Below are positions 19,235 through 27,759 of a stretch of DNA of 64,000 bases, piece by piece. A program made the translations under genes and the position numbers. The stretch comes from an uncultured Planctomycetaceae bacterium (GTDB lineage Bacteria; Planctomycetota; Phycisphaerae; SM23-33): NCBI GenBank assembly GCA_964607575.1, contig CAZSLS010000002.1, forward strand, positions 25,304 through 89,303. Reading direction: 5' to 3'. Each line of letters begins with the position of its first letter. Position 1 is the first letter of the stretch. A model generated the notes under the pieces. The model did not search any database. It was not told where the DNA came from and saw nothing but the letters and a program-made list of their open reading frames with translations.

Positions 19235-22159
19235 CTAGTAAACCCTTCCGAAGTTTCGCTGCTGGGGGATCGCCTTTGCGCCTGGCATGTCGATTCTCGG
19301 ATAGGCGAGGAGGGAGGCTTTCGCTTCCTTGAGGACTTTGAGTATGGCCTGATAATCGGGATCTTTGGTGGATTTGAATCTTGCCTTGTCGTTTTCGGCC
19401 GCGCCGCCTGCCGATTTGGCCAGCAGGCCCACGAAGCCCGGTGTCCACTGCGGATTGGTGAAGTTCAGGTTTCTTGCGTCTATGCGCACCTTTTTCTCGG
19501 CGCAGATCTTCTTCAGCCTGTTGACCCATGGAGCGGGTTTGGGGCGTCCCTTTCCGTCGGGCGGTGGAACGGTAGTCGCATCCCGCCCGCCCACCGAATA
19601 CGGACGCGACATGTCCCACGTGCTGTAGTAAGGCACGTTGGCGTCGATCCAGGCGTAGATGCGGCGACGGCCTTGGTCGTCAACATTCACCAACTCGTGC
19701 TTCTCGCTGGTGGACCGGTGTTTCGACTCGATGATCTTCGTCAGCCTGCTGACCCACGAACCGGTCCCGAACGCCGGGAAGTTGCCCGTCGGTCCGGGAT
19801 TGATGTAGTAGTATGCGACGTAATTCCTGAACACCAGCGACTGGTACGACATCGAGTAGAACTGCGTCTTGTCGCCCGACAGGTCGATACCCTTGGCGGG
19901 CGTCGCGCCCGAATGACACTTGATGCAGTGCTTGTCCAGAACGGGCTGGACCTGCTTAACGTAGTCGACCGGTCCGGCGCCCCATGCCGGCGGTGTGATC
20001 TTGTCCGGCGGTTTGGACATGCGTTTCATGTTCGTCGGATTCACCGGTGAGGGCTTGAGGCGATCTTCGTGACATCCGATGCAGGATGCCTGCTCGCCGG
20101 TTGTGATCTGGGTGACCGAACCCATCCTGATTATCTCTTTACCGTTTTCGTCGAGAGCCTCGAAGTAGATCTCCGTGTTCGAGGGCACTTTGAAGAAGGC
20201 AGCCCCGCTTTCGGCGACCGGAACGGTACCGAGATTGATCTTCACGTAATAGCTGCCCTGCCCGATGATCGGGTAATGGTCGTGGTAGCGAGGCCCCTCG
20301 GTGTTGTATTTCTTGGGCGATTGGGCCAGGATCCTCAGGCGCTTGACCTGCCCGCGTTTGACGCCCTGGCGCAGCAGGCCCTGGTAGACGTCCTGGACGA
20401 AGAACGTGCCCTCGCCGGGCTCCTGGGGACACTGTCCGGGGATGATATTGGGCACGGGGCGCTTGCTAAGGGGTACGGCGTTGAAGCACTGCAGGGTCAG
20501 GTCCTTGTACAGGGGCACGACCAAACCGTCGTGCTTGAGAAACGCGATATGATACCGACCCGTTCGCCCGTCAGACACCAGTGAGTAATCCGTGGTTACC
20601 GGATACGGGTCGGTGAACGAGTTGCGATACAACCGATCGCCCGGAGCCCAGTTCGTATGCTTCCAGTCCCTACCGACGGTGACCCTGTATGGCGTGGCGT
20701 TGGTGATCTTGGTCATGCCCTTGGGGTTCTCCACGCCCAGTGATCGGTCGACGATTGCAATGTCGCCCAGTGGCGGGTGGTGGTGGGCGGCCATCGTCAG
20801 GATCACCTTCTTCGTACCCGGTATCTCCTTGGCGCCGTAAACGGAATTGGGCACGGTCAGTGTATTACCGTGATACAGTTTGAGCTGGCGACCGTTGGGG
20901 TTGATCGTCCAGAGACCTTCCCACATGAAGATGTTCTTGTCCTGATACTCCCACCGCGTGCAGAGGATCGAACCGTCAGCCAGGACCGCTGGCGAGAGCG
21001 TACACAGGGTAGTCCAGTCGAACCGGCGCATGTTGGACCCGTCAGCGTTGATAACGTACAGGGCACATGCCAGGAAATTCTGGCAGAGCGAGAATGATTC
21101 GACGCGCGAGGAGGTGAATATGATCCGCCCGTCGCCGTAGTAGACCGGGCTCACATCGTGGAACGGGCCCTTGGTCAGTTGGCGCATACCCGTACCGTCG
21201 ACGTTGATCTCCCAGATATGGAACGGGAGGTTTGTCTTCTCCTTGTACGAGAACACGAGCTTCTTACCGTCAAACGACGGGTTCATGTCGAAGATGAAGC
21301 CCTCCTTGGTTTCAAAGATGACTTTCGGCGCAATGTCCGGTCTGGCTGGATTATACGTGCAGATCGCCGCCCCTTTCCCTGTTCTGCGGGCAAACATCGT
21401 GGCGTTCGTACCGCTCATTCCGTAATTCTGCCGCTTGATGAACGCGATCGGCGGGCAATCCCTGGCGAGTTTGGCGGCTGCGACCCGCTCGGCGGCGATC
21501 TTGGCTTTCTCGGCGGGCGTAAGCCCCGCCTCGATGAATAACTTCATATCAGGGCTGTGGTTTACGCGCTTGGTGCGGTACAACATTTTACCCTCGGGCG
21601 TAGTTACCCGGATGTTTTTGAACTGCACCTGCGTGGACCAACTGCCCAGACCGATACCGCCGGTCTTGTGGCGATGATTCGTAGCAGTATGGATGAGTTT
21701 CCCGTTGAGGTAGCACTTGATGGACGATCCGGCGACCTTGACGCCAATGCGATACCACGTTCCATTCTTGATCGAACCCCTGACCCTCGGGAATCCGCCC
21801 CTGCTCCGCCCGCGCTCGATCGACTCGATTGCATGACCGGTGTTACGCCATCCGCCGACGTTCCACCAGTAGAAGTTGTTCTTGTCTTCCGCTCGGAAGA
21901 TGACAAGGAAACCTTCGGTCCCGCTGATCCTGCGGGCCTCGAGTTCGTAGGTGTAGTCGGTCCACTTGGTGAATTTAGCAAAGGAGCGACAGTCCATTGC
22001 CTTTTCGAGTTGTGCGAAGACATTGTCTATGTGGACCCACCGCCCCTTGGTGGGAGTCCAGTCCTTAAACGACTGGTTGACATCCGCGGCTGATACTACC
22101 GAAGCGGTCGACACAAGCGCGACCGCCATTATCACTACACGTCGCAAACTACTGAACAT
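19235..22159 (-). CDS. Secreted paralogue: DUF1080-like jelly-roll N-domain, PD40/TolB-like beta-propeller, two CxxCH (PSCyt-like) motifs
   Basis: Signal peptide MFSSLRRVVIMAVALVSTASVVSA is present, with GAGGA 8 nt upstream. The N-terminus …FYWWNVGGW…IRV is DUF1080/LamG-like. The C-terminus has CIGCHEDRL and CIKCHSG. The protein aligns with 27760..30612. Confidence 0.6.
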   Translation of the reverse strand: MFSSLRRVVIMAVALVSTASVVSAADVNQSFKDWTPTKGRWVHIDNVFAQLEKAMDCRSFAKFTKWTDYTYELEARRISGTEGFLVIFRAEDKNNFYWWNVGGWRNTGHAIESIERGRSRGGFPRVRGSIKNGTWYRIGVKVAGSSIKCYLNGKLIHTATNHRHKTGGIGLGSWSTQVQFKNIRVTTPEGKMLYRTKRVNHSPDMKLFIEAGLTPAEKAKIAAERVAAAKLARDCPPIAFIKRQNYGMSGTNATMFARRTGKGAAICTYNPARPDIAPKVIFETKEGFIFDMNPSFDGKKLVFSYKEKTNLPFHIWEINVDGTGMRQLTKGPFHDVSPVYYGDGRIIFTSSRVESFSLCQNFLACALYVINADGSNMRRFDWTTLCTLSPAVLADGSILCTRWEYQDKNIFMWEGLWTINPNGRQLKLYHGNTLTVPNSVYGAKEIPGTKKVILTMAAHHHPPLGDIAIVDRSLGVENPKGMTKITNATPYRVTVGRDWKHTNWAPGDRLYRNSFTDPYPVTTDYSLVSDGRTGRYHIAFLKHDGLVVPLYKDLTLQCFNAVPLSKRPVPNIIPGQCPQEPGEGTFFVQDVYQGLLRQGVKRGQVKRLRILAQSPKKYNTEGPRYHDHYPIIGQGSYYVKINLGTVPVAESGAAFFKVPSNTEIYFEALDENGKEIIRMGSVTQITTGEQASCIGCHEDRLKPSPVNPTNMKRMSKPPDKITPPAWGAGPVDYVKQVQPVLDKHCIKCHSGATPAKGIDLSGDKTQFYSMSYQSLVFRNYVAYYYINPGPTGNFPAFGTGSWVSRLTKIIESKHRSTSEKHELVNVDDQGRRRIYAWIDANVPYYSTWDMSRPYSVGGRDATTVPPPDGKGRPKPAPWVNRLKKICAEKKVRIDARNLNFTNPQWTPGFVGLLAKSAGGAAENDKARFKSTKDPDYQAILKVLKEAKASLLAYPRIDMPGAKAIPQQRNFGRVY

Positions 22160-22205
22160 ATACCTTTCCTCAATAGTGTTCCAAAATTTCCGTCCATCCG
22201 TCCAG

Positions 22206-23129
22206 CTACCTTAACGCGGGACCGGGCAGGGGCTTGCCTTTTTCGTCAAGAAGCTGGACGCCCATCATGTGTCTGTCTCCCGCCACATAACGCCATACAA
22301 GTTTCTTATCGCGGGTGATCTCGAGCAGGCTGGCGCCATCGACGCCCTTTACGGCGGCGTAGATGCCCATCACGATATTACCGTTGGGCTGCACGTGAAT
22401 ACCGCATATCATACCGATCTTGACGTCCTTGAACTCTTTCCTGTCGAACTGCCAGACCACTTTGCCTTTGGGGTCAAATTCGGTGATGAAGTTGATATGC
22501 CCGACAACGGTATTCCCGTTGGGCAGGCGGACGGCGGAAAATGCGATCGGCTTGGTCTTGACCTCGAAGACCACCTTGCCCGTCGGGGTATACTCGCGGA
22601 CCATCGCTTTGGCTTTGTAGGCGACCAGGTAGTTTCCGTTGGCCAGTTTGCGAACGTGTCGCAGGTTGTTGTGGCTTCCAGGCTTGCAGTCTGGGAGTTT
22701 CAGTTCAAATACGATCTTGCCCTTGGGGTCGACCTCGACGATCCTGCCGGCGGAGTTCTCGCCGACCATCGTGTTCCCGTTTTTCAGACGCTGGCAGGCG
22801 AACGTACCGCCGCCCTTCTGCATCTCAGGCTTGTAGCTCCAGACGACCTTGTCGCTCTTCGGGTCGACCTCGATAACGTTATTGTCGGCCAGCAGGATAT
22901 TCCCGTTCTTCAGCATCCAGATATCCGAGCAATTTCCGCCCTTGTGCTTCCAGAGTATCTTCCCGGTATTGTCCAGCAGCACCATCCTACCGGTACCGGT
23001 CGCCAGGACTTGGCCTTTAAGGGTTCCGTGGATGGCCTTGCTCTCAACCGCCTCGGCGCCGTTGAGCGACGTCAGGGCGACAATCGACAACAGAACCGCC
23101 GGCAGGACGACAAAAGCTGGTTTCCGCAT
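22206..23129 (-). CDS. Secreted six-bladed-type beta-propeller protein (repeated 'NGN-hydrophobic … KGK(I/V)VW' blades)
   Basis: The start is set at MRKPAFVVLPAVLLSIVALTSLNGAEA, with GGAG 7 nt upstream. Repeats include NGNILLADNN…KVVWSY, NGNTMVGEN…KIVFEL, NGNYLVAY…KVVFEV, NGNTVVGH…KVVWQF and NGNIVMG. Confidence 0.5.
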   Translation of the reverse strand: MRKPAFVVLPAVLLSIVALTSLNGAEAVESKAIHGTLKGQVLATGTGRMVLLDNTGKILWKHKGGNCSDIWMLKNGNILLADNNVIEVDPKSDKVVWSYKPEMQKGGGTFACQRLKNGNTMVGENSAGRIVEVDPKGKIVFELKLPDCKPGSHNNLRHVRKLANGNYLVAYKAKAMVREYTPTGKVVFEVKTKPIAFSAVRLPNGNTVVGHINFITEFDPKGKVVWQFDRKEFKDVKIGMICGIHVQPNGNIVMGIYAAVKGVDGASLLEITRDKKLVWRYVAGDRHMMGVQLLDEKGKPLPGPALR

Positions 23130-23299
23130 TGTTTTACTCCATGGGTATGACGGACCACCGATCTCCGTGCTCTGCACATTTCGAGCAATCCGCATCGGCC
23201 GTCGACTCGTACTCCTATTTTCCCGTCCATCCTCCGTGATAGCAAGAACGATCATTTGGAACGCGGGAACATGAACCAAATACGACTTGTCACGACGGG

Positions 23300-23390
23300 A
23301 ACGACACGCGAAACCGCAAGCGGTTTGGTAGTAGATGCACACGCATTTGTTCGCACGTCATGGAACCGCTTGCGGTTTCGCGCGTCGTTG
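23300..23390. repeat. Perfect 19-bp inverted repeat (CGCGAAACCGCAAGCGGTT / AACCGCTTGCGGTTTCGCG) with a 38-nt spacer; each arm is itself near-palindromic
   Basis: The arms lie at 23307-23325 and 23364-23382, in the divergent intergenic region between 22206..23129 (-) and the sulfatase (+). Confidence 0.7.
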
Positions 23391-23496
23391 GTTTTGTGTC
23401 GGTTCGGTCATACTCGATGCTCAACTCAATTCGCTGTTTGTATTAGAAGTCCCGAATCATCTCGCATATGATGCGTTCAACCAATGAGGCAGATTA

Positions 23497-25026
23497 ATGA
23501 ATAGAACCGGAAGACGTGATTTTCTCAGGACGGCGGCTGTGGGGGCGGCTGTGTTGGCGACCGGTCGGGTGGCGGGCGCGGCGGCGAAAAGTAAACGTCC
23601 GCCTAACGTCATCCTGATAATGGTCGACGATATGGGGTTTTCGGATCTGGGATGCTACGGCAGCGCGATCAAGACGCCTAATATTGACAAGCTTGCGGAT
23701 GGCGGCTTGAAGTTCACGCAATTCTACAACACTGCCAAATGCGGACCTACACGGGCGAGCCTGCTTACCGGATGCTACCACAGAGAGGTCGGTCAGAAGG
23801 CGTTGCGAAACTGCATGACGCTGGGGCAGGCTATGAAGCGAGCTGGATATCGGACGCTCATGACGGGGAAATGGCATCTGCAGTCCAACCCGATCGCCAA
23901 GGGGTTCGACCGCTACTTCGGGCACCTCAGCGGGGCTACGAATTTTTTCACGGGCGACAACTCGTTCCGCCTCGACAAAGAGAAATTCACCGTCCCGAAA
24001 GAAGGCTTCTACACCACCGACGCCAACACCGACTACGCGATACAGTTCCTCGACGAGGCCGCAAAAAAACACGCCGACAAACCGTTCTTCCTGTACATCG
24101 CCTACAACGCGCCGCACTACCCACTGCACGCCTGGCCCGAAGATATCGCCAGGTACAAGGGCAAATTCATGAAGGGATGGGACGCCCTGCGCCTCGAGCG
24201 TCACGAGCGACAGTTGAAGATGGGCCTGCTCAAAGCCAAGTGGAAACTCTCGCCGCGAGACCCCAAGGTGCCCGCGTGGGATACGCTCACCGACGAGCAG
24301 AAAGAAACCGAAGACCTCACGATGGCGGTATTCGCGGCCATGATCGATCGCGTAGACCAGAACATCGGTAAGCTGCTGGGCAAGCTCAAAACGCTCGGCG
24401 CCGACGACAACACGCTGCTGCTGTTCCTCAGCGATAATGGCGGATGCCCGTTCCAGCGGACCAGGACGCCGAACATCCCGCCCGGACCAGCCAACTCGTA
24501 CTGGACATATCACGAAGGCTGGGCCCAGGTATCCAACACCCCCTTCCGACTCTACAAGCAGAACCAGCACGAGGGCGGGGTTTCGACCCCGCTGATCGCG
24601 CACTGGCCCGGAGTCGTAAAACCGGGCACGATGACCGACCAGAGCGGGCACCTGATCGACATAATGGCCACACTTCTGGACATCACGTCCACCAAATACC
24701 CCGACCAACTCGATGGGACAAAACTCCGCCCGCTGCGGGGCAAGAGCCTCCTGCCGATACTCGAGGGCCGACGGCGCGAACCGCACGAAGAAATATTCTT
24801 CGAGTTCGCGAAGTATAAGGCCCTGCGCGCCGGTAAATGGAAAATCTCGTGGCGATACGGGCCGTGGGAACTGTACGATATCGAAGCTGACCGCACCGAG
24901 CTGAACAACCTCGCGGCCGAGATGCCCGAGAAGGTCAAACAACTCGCCGCACGCCACGACGCATGGTTGAAGGAACTCGGCGGCGGGCAGGCGAAGAAAC
25001 AACGGACGCGAAAAAAGAAAAAATGA
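23497..25026 (+). CDS. Arylsulfatase (formylglycine-dependent sulfatase), Tat-secreted
   Basis: RRDFLRTAAVGAAVLA is a twin-arginine signal. The sulfatase signature C-x-P-x-R appears in …TAKCGPTRASLLTGCY…. …MVDDMGFSDLGCYGS… and …GKWHLQ… are also present. Confidence 0.9.
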   Translation: MNRTGRRDFLRTAAVGAAVLATGRVAGAAAKSKRPPNVILIMVDDMGFSDLGCYGSAIKTPNIDKLADGGLKFTQFYNTAKCGPTRASLLTGCYHREVGQKALRNCMTLGQAMKRAGYRTLMTGKWHLQSNPIAKGFDRYFGHLSGATNFFTGDNSFRLDKEKFTVPKEGFYTTDANTDYAIQFLDEAAKKHADKPFFLYIAYNAPHYPLHAWPEDIARYKGKFMKGWDALRLERHERQLKMGLLKAKWKLSPRDPKVPAWDTLTDEQKETEDLTMAVFAAMIDRVDQNIGKLLGKLKTLGADDNTLLLFLSDNGGCPFQRTRTPNIPPGPANSYWTYHEGWAQVSNTPFRLYKQNQHEGGVSTPLIAHWPGVVKPGTMTDQSGHLIDIMATLLDITSTKYPDQLDGTKLRPLRGKSLLPILEGRRREPHEEIFFEFAKYKALRAGKWKISWRYGPWELYDIEADRTELNNLAAEMPEKVKQLAARHDAWLKELGGGQAKKQRTRKKKK

Positions 25027-25033
25027 AAAGGAT

Positions 25034-26275
25034 ATGGTCATGAAACGTACTCACAATGTCGCCAAATGCGTGCTGATCGCCGTTATTGCCCTGATCGGAG
25101 TATGCGCCTCTCTGACCTCCGGCGCCAAAGAAGCCCCGCCGAAAAAGGCAGCGCCCCGGGCAGAGGCTAAACGCACAAAAGTCACCTTCAAGATGAAACG
25201 CGTGGGGAAGTACCGCTCGGAGGCCTGCGAGGTCGGAGATTTTAACGGCGATGGGAAACTCGACATTGTGGCCGGTCCGTACTGGTACGAGGCCCCAACC
25301 TGGAAACCGCACAAGTACCGCAAACTCCGCGGAAAGGTCGACGACAAGGGCAAGGGTTACTTCGACGACTTCGCCAATCTCCCGCTGGACGTCGACGGTG
25401 ACGGGAAACTCGACGTGGTCACCTGCTGCTGGTTCGCCAAGCAGATCGACTGGTACCGCAACACCGGAGCCGAGGGCGATTGGCCTATGAAGGTCATCGA
25501 AAAGAGCGGAAACCACGAGTGCGGTGAACTTTGGGATATCGACGGCGATGGAAAAGCCCTCGAGATACTGCCCGCGACCCGGTCGACTCACTGGTACGAA
25601 GTCGCCAAGAAGGCCGACGGGACCACGGGCCTGATCAAGCATGTAGTCTCAACGAAGAAACACACGTATGGCGGTGGTGTAGGTGATGTAAACGGAGACG
25701 GGCGCCCCGACATCCTTCGACCCGGCGCATGGTACGAAGCGCCGGCCGATCTGCGCAAAGGCAAGTGGAAAGAACATCCGCTGGCGGTCGGGCACATCAA
25801 AGAAGGCAAAGCCGATCACACCCCGCAGATCCACGTATACGACGTCAACTGCGACGGCGCCAACGATATCATCACCAGTTCCGCCCACAAGTACGGGATA
25901 TTCTGGTATCAGCAAATCGGCAGTGGCAAAGAAGTTACGTGGAAACAACACGTGATCGACAAGTCCTGGACGCAGGCACACGCAATTGCCATGGGCGACG
26001 TCGACGGTGACGGCGACATGGACCTGGTGATCGGAAAACGGGTACTCGCACACAACGGCGGCGACCCGGGCGCCAAAGACCCGCCGTGCCTCTACTGGTA
26101 CGAACTGGAGCGCGACGCGACGCCCAAATGGACCAGGCACGTAATAAGCGAAAAAGAAGGTATCGGAGCCGGCTTGAGCATCCCGCTGGTAGACCTCGAC
26201 GGCGACGGAGACCTCGATGTCGTCGTAACGGGCAAGTTCGGCGGACCGGTCATCTTCGAGAACCTCAGGAAATAG
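25034..26275 (+). CDS. FG-GAP / VCBS-like repeat protein (integrin-alpha-type propeller)
   Basis: Repeats include …GDFNGDGKLDIVAG…, …DVDGDGKLDVVTC…, …DIDGDGKALE…, …DVNGDGRPDIL…, …DVDGDGDMDLVIG… and …DLDGDGDLDVVVTG…. An N-terminal signal peptide is present. Confidence 0.7.
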   Translation: MVMKRTHNVAKCVLIAVIALIGVCASLTSGAKEAPPKKAAPRAEAKRTKVTFKMKRVGKYRSEACEVGDFNGDGKLDIVAGPYWYEAPTWKPHKYRKLRGKVDDKGKGYFDDFANLPLDVDGDGKLDVVTCCWFAKQIDWYRNTGAEGDWPMKVIEKSGNHECGELWDIDGDGKALEILPATRSTHWYEVAKKADGTTGLIKHVVSTKKHTYGGGVGDVNGDGRPDILRPGAWYEAPADLRKGKWKEHPLAVGHIKEGKADHTPQIHVYDVNCDGANDIITSSAHKYGIFWYQQIGSGKEVTWKQHVIDKSWTQAHAIAMGDVDGDGDMDLVIGKRVLAHNGGDPGAKDPPCLYWYELERDATPKWTRHVISEKEGIGAGLSIPLVDLDGDGDLDVVVTGKFGGPVIFENLRK

Positions 26276-26329
26276 CCCTCTCCCGGCCGATAGCTGACAG
26301 GTACGTAAAACTAAGGGAGAACCGCAACG

Positions 26330-27649
26330 GTGAAACAACACATCACACTTGCTGTGTGCATCGCTCTGGTATTGCCTGCGGCCATCGGGTGCAATAACAG
26401 ACCATTGATGCCCACGCCGAACCTCTACCTCGGGCAAAAAGAAGATCCGTTCGCCGACGTTCCGACCCGCCTGCAGAACAACAAGGTCGATGTGCTATAC
26501 GTGACCGACCGCGAACCGAGAGAAACGAAAAACGGTTCGGTGAAATATGGCCACAAGCGGTCAACCTCGATGGCGTTCGGCTCGTGTATCGTCGAGATCG
26601 GAAAGGACGTCGAGTGGTCGGAGCTGGTCAAGAACAGTCGGACCAAGAGGCGGTCTGTCTCGCTACCGCTGAGAATAAACCAGACAACCGAGCATGCCAG
26701 ATTCCCCTCGACTCCCCTGTCGGTGATCTCCGTGGGCACCGGTATCGAGTTGAAGCCTGAAGAGGTGAAACTGGAAAAGGAAATCTCCGCCAGGCTCGAC
26801 AATGAGATCAAGAAGCGCCTCGGACCTGCGAAATACAAAGAGGCCTTTGTGTACATTCACGGTTTCAACAACACCTTCGAAGACAGTGTTTTTGTGGCTG
26901 CGGAGTTGTGGCATTTCATGGGACGCCGCGGGGTTCCGATCGTCTATTCCTGGCCGTCCAAGGAAAGCTTATTCGGCTACGGGTACGACCGCGAATCGAG
27001 CGAATTCACGGTATTTCATTTCAAGCAATTCCTGAGGTCGATCGCAGGATGCGAGGACCTTCAAGAGATACATATCCTTGCCCACAGCCGCGGTACGGGC
27101 GTAGTGGCTTCGGGATTCCGAGAACTGGTGATCGCCGCCAATGCCTGGCGTGAAAAAGATGACCGGACCGCCGAATCACCAGGCCAAACCGCCCGGAGCG
27201 TGTTGAACAAGACCGGTAACGTCGTCCTGGCCGCCGCCGATATCGACATGGAAGTAGCCTCCCAGCGACTCAGCGCCGAACTGGCGTTCATGGGCGCCGA
27301 AAGGGTCACGATCTATCTTTCCAAAGAGGACAAAGCCCTCAACCTGGCTGTCTGGTTGTTCGAGAGCATCGGGCGGCTTGGGGAGCTGTCGCTGAGAATA
27401 ATTTCTCCCGCCCGCATGAAGGATCTCGAGGTAATCGACCGGATAGATTTCATCGACGCCCGAGTAACCTCCGGTTTTCTCGGACACGCGTACTTCCATT
27501 CCAGTCCCGCCGTCAGTTCCGACCTGATTCTGCTGCTCCGCGACAACCTGTCTCCAGGCGCAGAGCACGGAAGACCGCTGACCCCCGACAAGCGGAGTAC
27601 ACGCTACTGGTCGATCGGAAAGGGATATCCATATGCAAACAAGAAGTGA
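26330..27649 (+). CDS. Lipoprotein alpha/beta-hydrolase, DUF900-like
   Basis: GTG start with AAGGGAG 11 nt upstream. Lipobox …LPAAIGC. …AFVYIHGFNN…, …ILAHSRGTG… (nucleophile elbow GxSxG-like) and …LAAADID… are present. Confidence 0.55.
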   Translation: MKQHITLAVCIALVLPAAIGCNNRPLMPTPNLYLGQKEDPFADVPTRLQNNKVDVLYVTDREPRETKNGSVKYGHKRSTSMAFGSCIVEIGKDVEWSELVKNSRTKRRSVSLPLRINQTTEHARFPSTPLSVISVGTGIELKPEEVKLEKEISARLDNEIKKRLGPAKYKEAFVYIHGFNNTFEDSVFVAAELWHFMGRRGVPIVYSWPSKESLFGYGYDRESSEFTVFHFKQFLRSIAGCEDLQEIHILAHSRGTGVVASGFRELVIAANAWREKDDRTAESPGQTARSVLNKTGNVVLAAADIDMEVASQRLSAELAFMGAERVTIYLSKEDKALNLAVWLFESIGRLGELSLRIISPARMKDLEVIDRIDFIDARVTSGFLGHAYFHSSPAVSSDLILLLRDNLSPGAEHGRPLTPDKRSTRYWSIGKGYPYANKK

Positions 27650-27759
27650 TCGTTCCGAGGCCGGATGTTTCGTAGTTGACTCAACCGGTCCCGGGAAAAT
27701 AGAATACGGGGACGAGAAGATCGTAAACCCGCCTGGAACCTGTAACGGAGATTAGTTTA

